64,000 nt of DNA from an uncultured delta proteobacterium (lineage in GTDB: Bacteria > Desulfobacterota > Binatia > UBA9968): positions 416,001 to 480,000 of the forward strand of contig CAVTUQ010000002.1 of the NCBI GenBank assembly GCA_963737905.1, given 5' to 3'. The notes beneath the pieces were generated by a model. That model made no database searches. It had not been told where the DNA came from and saw only the letters and a list, made by a program, of their open reading frames with translations. Below, in pieces: positions 20,395 to 29,704 of the stretch (the first letter of the stretch is position 1; every line of letters starts with the position of its first letter). The translations under genes and the position numbers were made by a program.

Positions 20395-21234
20395 TTAGTT
20401 GTCCTCCTGGAGAGTTTGAGGTACACGTCGCTTTCTCCGCGATGTTGTTCTGTCTGCAGAATTTGTCCGCACGCCACGACGAAGAATGCTCGGCGCGTTA
20501 TCTCCAATTTCAGGCTCATAGGGAGGAAGCTTTATTACAGAGTACGGTATCTGTTGTCTCTTTGCCGCATCTAGTATTAATTTTTGTTGTATTTCCAACC
20601 TATCGCAAAAGCTATGATTCTCCATTATCTGTTGTTGAAACTTCTGCCACGCGCCAGACCTCTCTGGATGCAAGCTTCTCTTCTCAATTTCATTATCGTC
20701 TAAGTGCAAGATAAAGACATGAACAGGCAACATTCTCAGGACTTTGATGATCTCATCGTATTCCCTTCCAAGTTTTTGTTGTTGAATGATTGTCCACGCG
20801 TACGTTGACAAATGGAATCTGTTCAAAAGAAAAACAGCGTTCTCGTCTCGACTGACGATGTTTCTTACATAGTTCACGAAATGCTTCATGAACTTAACTC
20901 GTAATTTCACAATGCCTTCAATCTGAAACTGCTTCCATGAATGCAATACCTCGCCCTCGGAATAGTCATACACATCTCGGTCCTTGAGCTGCTTTTTTAA
21001 ATACGTCTGAAACGTGTCTTTACCAGACCCTGAGATTCCTTCGATAATGAGAACGCGAGAATCTAACAAAATTCTCTCTAGGAGGTAGGAATCTTTCTCC
21101 TGCGGCCGTCGGAGCTTGATGCCGTGTTGCTCAATCACTTTCCGCAGCACGGGCTGCTCTGACCGGGCATCCAGTCCGTCTCTGTTGTCGGCGCTTGCAA
21201 GATGATTCCACACGTAGACAGGAACAATTTTCAT
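20395..21234 (-). CDS. P-loop nucleoside/nucleotide kinase-like protein (thymidylate-kinase fold)
   Basis: IIEGISGSGKDT Walker A; LLNRFHLSTYA resembles the TMK DR(Y/F)..S..A motif; lid-like IEKRS. Confidence 0.7.
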   Translation of the reverse strand: MKIVPVYVWNHLASADNRDGLDARSEQPVLRKVIEQHGIKLRRPQEKDSYLLERILLDSRVLIIEGISGSGKDTFQTYLKKQLKDRDVYDYSEGEVLHSWKQFQIEGIVKLRVKFMKHFVNYVRNIVSRDENAVFLLNRFHLSTYAWTIIQQQKLGREYDEIIKVLRMLPVHVFILHLDDNEIEKRSLHPERSGAWQKFQQQIMENHSFCDRLEIQQKLILDAAKRQQIPYSVIKLPPYEPEIGDNAPSILRRGVRTNSADRTTSRRKRRVPQTLQEDN

Positions 21235-21428
21235 AGGTCTTCCTAGTAGCTCACTTAAACGGCGACTCGCACAGTAAAATACGAATCATACGTCAAACGC
21301 CGTGTTCGCAGTTTCGAAAGAATCCGCCTTAATTCTCGTAGATTTTCAACACGTCCTCATTAAAGAGCAGAAGCCCACAAGTCGAACCTATTTTGATCAA
21401 CTATGGCTTCTAACTCATATTGCGGGGT

Positions 21429-21458
21429 TTAATACCTTATTTTAGCTTTCATTGTCAA
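21429..21458 (-). promoter_or_regulatory. Putative sigma70 promoter for the kinase-sulfotransferase pair
   Basis: TTGACA-N18-TATTAA on the minus strand. Confidence 0.5.
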
Positions 21459-21594
21459 ATGGTTGCAAAATTAGGCAGACTTTGCGCAAATGACGCTTTC
21501 CTGCGTTTCAACTGGTAGAGGGTTGGGAATCATGGTGCATTGTGAGACGTGGGTGGGAAATTTCTTAATGTTCTTGTGAGTTTCAGGCTTACTC

Positions 21595-23422
21595 TTAATG
21601 TCGTAGCGCCTTTATGATCTGATCCACGCAGGTTTCAAGTGCTAGTCCCGTAGTTCGTAGGGGTATTTCCGCCGATTGCGGTGGCTCATACACGCTGTCA
21701 ATGCCGGTAAAGTTTTTTAGCTCGCCGCGTCTCGCTTTCGCATACAGTCCCTTCGCATCGCGCCGCTCACATTCCTCCAGCGGCGTATCGATGAAAACTT
21801 CGATGAATTCGCCTGGATCAAATAGATCACGCGCGAATTGACGCTCCGCTCGGTATGGGGAAATGAACGCCACGATCACAATAAGTCCCGCATCCACCAG
21901 GAGTTTTGCGACCTCGGCCACCCGGCGAATGTTTTCCACGCGGTCAGGCTCAGTAAATCCCAGATCTCGGTTGAGCCCGTGGCGAACGTTGTCGCCGTCG
22001 AGAATGTAGGTATGCTTGCCGTCCGCGTGTAAACGCTTTTCCAACAGGTTGGCAATCGTCGACTTGCCCGAACCCGAAAGCCCCGTGAACCACAGGCACC
22101 GCGCCCGCTGATGCTTGATTTCGGCGCGTACGGCTTTTGTGACCTCCAAAGCTTGCCAATGGACGTTTACAGATCGACGAAGCGCGAAATGGATGATGCC
22201 GGCACCGACCGTCTCGTTGGTGAGCTTGTCGATGACGATGAACCCTCCCAATTTCTTGTTCTCGGCATACGGCGCAAATGGCACGGACTTGTCGAAACTC
22301 ACGTTCACCGTTGCGATTTCGTTTAAGCCTAAGGTCTTGGTCGCCAGATGCGCGCCGGTATTGATATCAACGCGATGCTTGATGTGGGTGATGGTCACGC
22401 TTGCGGACTTGGTGTGGATCAGGGCAGCATAGGGACGGCCCAGGCAGCAAGGGGTGCTCGCTCATCCAGAAAAGATCCGCCTCGAACTGATCAGCGGACT
22501 CAACCGGATGTGAAGCGGCCGCAATGACGTCACCCCGGCTGGCGTCGACATCATCCTCAAGCACCAAAGTAACTGACTGCCCCGCACTCGCTTCAGCTTT
22601 GGAGCCATTCCAGAAGACAACTTCCTTAATGCGGCTCGTCACTCCTGACGGACTAATGCGCACACGGTCACCCGGCATGGCCAAACCGCTGGCAATTCGT
22701 CCGGAAAACCCGCGGAAATCGAGATTAGGTCGGTTGATCCACTGCACTGACATCGCAAATGGTTGGGCAGGCGTACTGTTTTCGGTCGGGACGGTTTCGA
22801 GCCACCGCAAAAGACTCGGCCCTTCATACCAAGACATTGCGGCATGAGCCGGTTCGACAATGTTGTGACCTTCGAGCGCCGACAACGGAATCGCTGCGAT
22901 CGCCTCGAAGCCCAGATCTTCGGCGAAACAACGATACGCAAGTGCGATTTCGTCAAAGACCCGCTGTGACCAATCCACGAGATCCATCTTGTTGACCGCC
23001 AATACGATGTGACGGATGCCAAGCATCGAGACGATGCGACTGTGGCGCTTGGTTTGGGTGAGCACTCCCTTACGGGCGTCGATTAGCAGCACGGCCGCCT
23101 GAGCGGTCGACGCGCCAGTCACCATGTTGCGGGTGTACTGCTCGTGGCCTGGGGTATCAGCCACGATAAAGCGCCGCTTGGGCGTGGCGAAGAAACGATA
23201 AGCAACGTCGATAGTGATGCCCTGCTCGCGCTCGGCCTGCAATCCGTCAACCATTAGCGCGAAATCGAGCCGCTCACCCTGGGTGCCAAATTTTCTGGAG
23301 TCTGCCTTCAGAGCTTCCAGTTGATCCTCGAAAATCAGTTTGGTGTCGTAGAGCAAGCGGCCGATCAACGTCGATTTGCCGTCGTCGACGCTGCCGCAAG
23401 TGATGAAGCGCAGGGTATCCAT
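21595..23422 (-). CDS. cysNC: Bifunctional sulfate adenylyltransferase subunit 1/APS kinase (CysNC/NodQ type); one-base frameshift near 22440
   Basis: [24 protein letters not shown] and NKMD GTPase motifs; removing one base restores [23 protein letters not shown] and joins the APS kinase part ([25 protein letters not shown]). Confidence 0.93.
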
Positions 23423-24321
23423 TAAAAATACCCTTCCTGTTTCTTACGTTCCATGGAACCGGCGCCATCGTGGTCGATGATGCGCCCCTGCCGCTCTGAG
23501 GTCGTCGCCCCCAAGGTTTCGGCTACGATCTCATCGAGCGTCATAGCGGTGCTTTCAATTCCCGCGGTTAGCGGATAGCACCCTAAGGTACGGAACCGTA
23601 TCATGCGCATTTCCGGCGTTTCACCGGGCTCGAGCGGCAACCGATTATCATCGACCATGATCCACTGTCCGTAGCGCCTCACCACAGGACGCTTGGCGGC
23701 GAAGTACAACGGAACAATCGAGATGTCCTCTTGACGGATGTAGGCCCAGATGTCGGCTTCGGTCCAGTTGGAAAGCGGAAATACCCGTATGGTTTCGTTG
23801 GCGTTAATGCGGGTATTGTAAAGATTCCACAATTCCGGGCGTTGGGCTTTGGGCTCCCAGCGGTGACCGGCTGCACGAAACGAAAAGATTCGCTCTTTGG
23901 CCCGCGATTTTTCTTCGTCTCGCCGGGCACCGCCAAAGGCCACATCGAACCCGTGAAAATCGAGCGCTTGCTTGAGCGCTTCAGTCTTCATGACATCGGT
24001 ATAGTACGCCGACCCATGGGTGATGGGTCCGATACCCTCGGCAACGCCTCGTGGATTAGTGTGTGTGATCAGCTCAAAACCAATTTGCTTTGCCGTGCGG
24101 TCCCGGAACGAGATCATCTCGCGGAACTTCCATCCGGTATCGATGTGCATCAACGGAAACGGGATCGGGCCAGGGTAAAAAGCTTTTTGTGCAAGACGGA
24201 GCATCACCGAAGAGTCTTTGCCAATGGAATACAGCATCACCGGCTTGGTCGCTGTAGCCGCTACTTCCCGAATAATTTCGATCGATTCAGACTCTAGCTC
24301 TGAACAAACGCCGGCGTCCAT
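23422..24321 (-). CDS. cysD: Sulfate adenylyltransferase subunit 2
   Basis: [37 protein letters not shown] and [10 protein letters not shown]; its stop overlaps the cysNC start. Confidence 0.97.
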   Translation of the reverse strand: MDAGVCSELESESIEIIREVAATATKPVMLYSIGKDSSVMLRLAQKAFYPGPIPFPLMHIDTGWKFREMISFRDRTAKQIGFELITHTNPRGVAEGIGPITHGSAYYTDVMKTEALKQALDFHGFDVAFGGARRDEEKSRAKERIFSFRAAGHRWEPKAQRPELWNLYNTRINANETIRVFPLSNWTEADIWAYIRQEDISIVPLYFAAKRPVVRRYGQWIMVDDNRLPLEPGETPEMRMIRFRTLGCYPLTAGIESTAMTLDEIVAETLGATTSERQGRIIDHDGAGSMERKKQEGYF

Positions 24322-24480
24322 AACACAAATATCAAGTCCCCTCTATCGGAATTTCGATCGCTGTCAGGTTGGAATAGCTCAGCCACGGTAATTTGGATGT
24401 GGATCATGATACGAACTTTGCCGCAGTATTCTCCTCCTCGTAACTTGGTGTTAATCAATTCGTAACAACCAAAGTGACTT

Positions 24481-24510
24481 TAGATAGCAAAATTCTCATT
24501 CATTTGTCAA
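24481..24510 (-). promoter_or_regulatory. Putative sigma70 promoter for cysD-cysNC
   Basis: TTGACA-N18-TATCTA with extended TG on the minus strand. Confidence 0.45.
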
Positions 24511-24691
24511 ATAATACATATAGATCCATTAAATTGCTTAAACATGACAGCACTTTCTCCAGAATGATTTGGGATTTTGGTTAGCTTCGATGAGGATTGA
24601 TCGAACCTTCGGGGAGTTGGAACTCAGCGGCTGAAGACTACGCAGCGATTAATCGTAGATTTGTGGCGTGACAAAAGAAATTAAAGGTGAG

Positions 24692-25960
24692 CTAAAGCAA
24701 AATCGCCCGGATTGCGCCGATCCGTTCTGTCGGCGTGGGATGAGAATAGTGGTAGGCGGAGTACCACGGGTGTGGCGTTAGATTGGACAGATTCTTCACC
24801 GTTAGGTTAATCAGCGCCTCTTCCATAGGCCGACGGTTACGGAGCGTTTCCACCGCAAAACGGTCGGCCTCGTATTCGTGCTTACGCGAGAGCAGGTTGA
24901 TTAACGGGCCCAGATAGAAAGTAACCGGCCCGCCGAGCAAACTGAAAAGCACCAGCGCGGCGGCATTCGAAGGATTGTCCAGGCCAAAGGCCGCGAACAG
25001 AGGTTTGAAGTTCACCAGCAGACTTAAAATGTAGAGCCCAAGAAAAAGAAAAACTGTTTGAACCACCAGCATGCGGCGAATGTGTTTCATTTTATAGTGG
25101 CCCATCTCGTGTGCCAGCACCGCGAGTCCCTGATCGATGGTCATCTGAGCAATCAAGGTATCGAACAAAACGATTCGTTTCGCCTTTCCGATTCCGGTGA
25201 AGTAGGCGTTGGAGTGCGCCGAGCGTTTCGATCCGTCCATCGAAAAGATTCCGTTGGTTTTAAAGCCCACCTGCTCCGCCAGATGCAGTATTCGATTCCG
25301 TAACTCGCCTTCCGGCAGCAGCTCGAATTTGTTAAACAGCGGGGCGATCAGCGTAGGATAGACGATCACCATGAGCAGTTGGAATCCGGAGACAAAGAAA
25401 AACGTCCAGATCCACCAATAGGAGCCCGTTGCCTCCATCAGCCAGAGGACAACCCAAAGAAAGGGCAGTCCGATCAGGATGCCGAGCAAAAGTCCTTTAA
25501 GCCTATCCGTCAAATACAACTTCCAAGTTGTTTTGTTAAAGCCAAAGCGCGCTTCGAGCTTAAAGGTCGAATAAAGATCGGCGGGAAAACTCGCTATGGA
25601 GAAAACCAGAGCAACGCCAAAGCAGAAAATTAAGCCTCGAGCGTGGCTTGTAGAGAAGAACCCGCCGGCTAAATCTTTCGAGAGCCGATCCATGAACGGA
25701 AGCAATCCGCCAAAAAGAACAATCAGGGTGACCAGGCGACCGTATATCTCCGCCCAGCGCTGAAATTTTCCTTTGGCGAGGGTGTACGCAACCGACTTTT
25801 CGTACTCTGCCGCACTCATGTTGTGCTCGAAAAAATCAGGGATCTTCTTCTCTGCCCAGTGCGCGCGCACGGTGCGGAGATTCAATTCATTGAGACCAAA
25901 CTCGACGACAAATTCGAGGGCAAAGAGGACGAGGAATAGCCCGACGATCAGTTGTTCCAT
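24692..25960 (-). CDS. M48 family Ste24-like integral membrane zinc endopeptidase
   Basis: Multiple TM helices, DGSKRSAHSNAYFTG, HEMGH, EYEAD and HYSHP..ER motifs. Confidence 0.93.
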   Translation of the reverse strand: MEQLIVGLFLVLFALEFVVEFGLNELNLRTVRAHWAEKKIPDFFEHNMSAAEYEKSVAYTLAKGKFQRWAEIYGRLVTLIVLFGGLLPFMDRLSKDLAGGFFSTSHARGLIFCFGVALVFSIASFPADLYSTFKLEARFGFNKTTWKLYLTDRLKGLLLGILIGLPFLWVVLWLMEATGSYWWIWTFFFVSGFQLLMVIVYPTLIAPLFNKFELLPEGELRNRILHLAEQVGFKTNGIFSMDGSKRSAHSNAYFTGIGKAKRIVLFDTLIAQMTIDQGLAVLAHEMGHYKMKHIRRMLVVQTVFLFLGLYILSLLVNFKPLFAAFGLDNPSNAAALVLFSLLGGPVTFYLGPLINLLSRKHEYEADRFAVETLRNRRPMEEALINLTVKNLSNLTPHPWYSAYHYSHPTPTERIGAIRAILL

Positions 25961-26017
25961 GGGAGCCGGCACCGAACGACCAGAGACCCTAACGAATGGA
26001 GGACAGGCAAGGATCTG

Positions 26018-28270
26018 TCAGGCAGCAAGCGGACTATAGGTGAACGCGAGCTTCCCTTCGTTTTCGTCCACCTCGACCTTACCGCCGTTTTGTAGTCTGC
26101 CGAAGAGAATTTCGTCAGCCAAGACGCGCTTGATCTCGTTTTGAATCAACCGCGCCATCGGCCGCGCTCCAAAGGATGGATCGTAGCCTCTCTCCGCGAG
26201 CCAGCGCCGGGCCTTAATGGTGAGTTGCAAGAAAACTTTCTTCTCGTTGAGCTGGTGATCGAGCTCGATAATGAATTTATCCACCACCCGTTCGATGATT
26301 TCCATACTCAGAGAGTTGAAGTTGATCATCGCGTCGAGGCGGTTGCGGAATTCAGGGCTGAACATCTTCTCGATGGCCTCTTTGCCTTTGCCAGCGTTGG
26401 ACCGCGCGCCGAAGCCAAGCGGCGTGCCGCTCAGCTCCCGCGCGCCCGCGTTGGTGGTCATGATTAGGATGATGTTTCTAAAGTCAGCTTTTTTACCGTT
26501 GTTATCCGTAAGGGCGGCATGATCCATCACCTGGAGAAGAATATTGAACAAATCGGGATGTGCTTTCTCTATTTCATCCAAGAGTAAGACGGCATACGGA
26601 TTTCTGTTGATAGCGTCGGTCAGGAGGCCCCCCTGATCGAAGCCGACATAACCCGGAGGCGCGCCTATCAGACGGGAGACCGTGTGCTTCTCCATATATT
26701 CGCTCATGTCGAAGCGAATAAACTCAATGCCCATGATGTGCGCCAGCTGTTTGGCCAGCTCCGTCTTGCCAACACCTGTAGGGCCTGAGAAGAGGAAACA
26801 ACCGATGGGCTTCTCTGGATGGCCGAGACCTGAACGCGAAAGTCTTATCGTGCTTGTCAGCGTATCGATGGCCATATCTTGCCCGAAGACGGTTAGTTTT
26901 AAATCTCTGTCCAGATTTTGCAGTTGTTCCTTATCCGATGTCGAAACGCTCCGCGGCGGAATTTTGGCGATCTTGGCGACAATTTTTTCAACATCTTTCG
27001 CACCGATCGTCTTTTTGCGCTTGTCCGGCGGCTGGATTTTTACCGCCGCGCCAATTTCGTCGATGACGTCGATGGCTTTATCCGGCAATTTCCGATCGTT
27101 GATGTGTTTAGCCGAAAGCTGAACCGCCGCGCGAATAGCCGCGGCACTGTAGTGCACCCCATGATGCTTCTCGTAGTGCGGCTTCAACCCCTCAAGGATT
27201 TGGTAGGCTTCCTCTTGGCTGGGTTCGGAAATTTCGATTTTCTGGAAACGGCGCGCTAGGGCTCGATCTCTTTCAAAGTAGCTCTTGTAGTCATGATACG
27301 TCGTCGAACCGATGCACTTCAGCTCTCCGGAAGCGAGCGCGGGTTTTAGGATATTTGAGGCATCCATCGAACCGCCGCTGGTGGCACCGGCGCCGACGAT
27401 GGTGTGAATCTCGTCGATGAAAAGAATGGAGTTGGGGCGTTTCTTGAGACCGGCTAAAACCCCTTTCAGGCGCGCCTCAAAATCGCCGCGGAATTTCGTA
27501 CCCGCAAGTAACGCGCCCATATCGAGAGCGTAGATGACAGCGTCTTTCAGAACGTCGGGGACTTCGCCGTGATGGATTTTAAGCGCCAGACCCTCGGCCA
27601 ACGCCGTTTTTCCCACGCCGGGGTCGCCGACGTATATCGGATTATTCTTGCGCCGCCGACAGAGGACGTGAATCGTCCGTTCGATCTCGTCGTCCCGTCC
27701 GATGAGCGGGTCGATATTCCCCTGCTGAGCTTTAGCTACCAAGTTAACCGCAAAAGCTTCGAGAGGTTTGACCCGCCGGTCCGGTTTTTCTTCTTCGCTT
27801 TGCTCCTCTTCGCTCTGAGGCCACTCCTCTCCCGTGGCAATCTTTGAGATCCCGTGCGAGATGTAGTTGACAAGATCGAACCGCGTGATGCCTTGTTCTT
27901 GCAACAGGTAGACTGCGTAGGAATCCGGCTCGCGAAACATCGCGATCAATAGGTTACCCCCGTTGATCTCCTTTTTTTCTGCCGACTGGGCGTGAATCAC
28001 CGCGCGCTGCAGCACGCGATGAAAGCTGAGGGTCTGCTGCGGTTGGTGGTCCGACCCCCCTGGGAGCGCCTCCAGGTGGGTTTGAAAGAACTCCTCTAAA
28101 CCCTTCCGGAGCCGGTCGATGTCACCGCCGCAATTAATGATCGCGCCGCTAGCGTCTTTGTCTTGCAGCAACGCATAAAGGAGATGTTCCAAGCAGACAT
28201 ATTCATGACGTCTGCTCTTCGCTTCTTTCAAGGCCGTATTTAGGGTTCCTTCCAACTCCTTACTGATCAT
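26018..28270 (-). CDS. clpA: ATP-dependent Clp protease ATP-binding subunit ClpA
   Basis: Clp-N domain, two AAA+ modules (GDPGVGKT, GPTGVGKT), no ClpB middle domain, adjacent to clpS. Confidence 0.96.
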   Translation of the reverse strand: MISKELEGTLNTALKEAKSRRHEYVCLEHLLYALLQDKDASGAIINCGGDIDRLRKGLEEFFQTHLEALPGGSDHQPQQTLSFHRVLQRAVIHAQSAEKKEINGGNLLIAMFREPDSYAVYLLQEQGITRFDLVNYISHGISKIATGEEWPQSEEEQSEEEKPDRRVKPLEAFAVNLVAKAQQGNIDPLIGRDDEIERTIHVLCRRRKNNPIYVGDPGVGKTALAEGLALKIHHGEVPDVLKDAVIYALDMGALLAGTKFRGDFEARLKGVLAGLKKRPNSILFIDEIHTIVGAGATSGGSMDASNILKPALASGELKCIGSTTYHDYKSYFERDRALARRFQKIEISEPSQEEAYQILEGLKPHYEKHHGVHYSAAAIRAAVQLSAKHINDRKLPDKAIDVIDEIGAAVKIQPPDKRKKTIGAKDVEKIVAKIAKIPPRSVSTSDKEQLQNLDRDLKLTVFGQDMAIDTLTSTIRLSRSGLGHPEKPIGCFLFSGPTGVGKTELAKQLAHIMGIEFIRFDMSEYMEKHTVSRLIGAPPGYVGFDQGGLLTDAINRNPYAVLLLDEIEKAHPDLFNILLQVMDHAALTDNNGKKADFRNIILIMTTNAGARELSGTPLGFGARSNAGKGKEAIEKMFSPEFRNRLDAMINFNSLSMEIIERVVDKFIIELDHQLNEKKVFLQLTIKARRWLAERGYDPSFGARPMARLIQNEIKRVLADEILFGRLQNGGKVEVDENEGKLAFTYSPLAA

Positions 28271-28271
28271 C

Positions 28272-28586
28272 CTAAGCCTCTTCCATTGTGCATTTCAGTG
28301 GATACTCGTGCTGCCGGGCCAGGCCCTCCACCAAAGTCACTTTGGTTTCCGCGATCTCATAGGTATAGACGCCGGCCACTCCAATGCCTTTTTTATGAAC
28401 ATGAAGCATGATTTGAACCGCTTCGGTATGTTCCTTGTGGAAAACATACTGCAATACCTGCACAACGAACTCCTTGGTAGTATAATCGTCATTGTGCAGT
28501 AAAACTTTGTAGAGGGGAGGTTTTTTTAGCTTTTTCTTGGTCTCGGTGACCAGCTCGTGATCGAATTCGGTTTCCCTGCGGCTCAT
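28272..28586 (-). CDS. clpS: Clp protease adaptor ClpS
   Basis: YKVLLHNDDYT..EFV, MLHVH..G and YPLKCTME motifs. Confidence 0.96.
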   Translation of the reverse strand: MSRRETEFDHELVTETKKKLKKPPLYKVLLHNDDYTTKEFVVQVLQYVFHKEHTEAVQIMLHVHKKGIGVAGVYTYEIAETKVTLVEGLARQHEYPLKCTMEEA

Positions 28587-28778
28587 GACACGGCTCCCTG
28601 GAAACGGTATATATCTAACACGCTTCTCCGCCCTGTCGCAATCCTCCACACCGGACTTATGACACAAAAAAAAATTCTACCCGCTTGTAACCGGAAGGGG
28701 GAAAAATGTTATATTGATTTATAGGCACGCCCCGCGTTATCGGGGACCGTAAGTTGCACATCTCTTGGGAGGTTTCCT

Positions 28779-29639
28779 GTGCTTTCTAACAAAGTCAGCG
28801 AGATAATGACCACGAATCTGACGGCTGCTTCGGACACGAGTTCGATCCAAGAGGTCTTAGAAATGATGGTAGCGGCGGACGTCGGGCGCATTATCGTCAC
28901 AAATAAGGAAATACCGATTGGAATCTTTACTGAAAAAGACGTTATGAAGCGGGTCGTGAACAAGAACATTGACCCTGCAAAATCATCGATCAAAGAGGTT
29001 ATGACCTCCCCGATACGGGCCGTGCGCGAGGAAACCCACATCGTCGAAGCTTTTGGCAAAATGTACAGAGGAAAATACCGCCATCTCCTGGTGCGGGGAA
29101 GGAGAGGAAAGATTGTCGGTATCGTCTCTATGCGCCGCATTCTTGTTCTTGCGGTCGAGTTGGGCCAAGGAATAAGCGAGACGAAAGCACTCGGAAGTCT
29201 TGTGTCGGGCGGGGCTTTGTCTGTGGATGAAAGCTTATCCGTTTATGACACCATCGACCTAATGATCCAGAAAGGCGTCGCTTCGATTATCGTCACGTCC
29301 TCTGGTAAACCACGGGGTATCTTTACCGAAAGGGACGTTCTTAAACGGGTCGCTGCCAAAGGGATGGACACGAAAAAGACTCAGGTGAAGCAAGTGATGA
29401 CCTCACCTCTGGTAACGATGGCCGACACAGCGCTCATTGGCGAAGGCTTGACCGAGATGTACAAGCGCGACATTAGAAACATGCCGGTTATGGCATCAGG
29501 GGGTGAACTCACGGGCATCGTCTCTATGCCCGATGTCCTCCAATATGCCGCTGCTTTCAACATTGACGAAAAGGTTCGACAAACCTGGAAGGAAGTACAG
29601 GAATACTATGATTCGGAAGATCAGTACACACCGGGCTAA
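28779..29639 (+). CDS. CBS-domain protein (two Bateman modules)
   Basis: Repeated GIFTE.DV.KRV, VMTSP and GIVSM motifs. Confidence 0.9.
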   Translation: MLSNKVSEIMTTNLTAASDTSSIQEVLEMMVAADVGRIIVTNKEIPIGIFTEKDVMKRVVNKNIDPAKSSIKEVMTSPIRAVREETHIVEAFGKMYRGKYRHLLVRGRRGKIVGIVSMRRILVLAVELGQGISETKALGSLVSGGALSVDESLSVYDTIDLMIQKGVASIIVTSSGKPRGIFTERDVLKRVAAKGMDTKKTQVKQVMTSPLVTMADTALIGEGLTEMYKRDIRNMPVMASGGELTGIVSMPDVLQYAAAFNIDEKVRQTWKEVQEYYDSEDQYTPG

Positions 29640-29704
29640 CCTGTTGTCTTTTAAGAGAAATATGCTAGCATTAGAGAATTGTAAACTTTAAAGGAGGTCC
29701 CATT

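Noticed and set aside
21234-21595. RaxX-like precursor peptide for the sulfotransferase
   Set aside because: Only very short ORFs without a convincing RBS or Tyr motif, and no peptide exporter nearby.
22367-22441. Separate cysN and cysC genes, or programmed frameshifting
   Set aside because: One extra base in a short G/C run restores a standard fused CysNC; no slippery heptamer is present.
14566-24690. tRNA-Pro-anchored integrative island
   Set aside because: No integrase and no duplicate of the tRNA 3' end (attR) was found by eye; only compositional hints remain.
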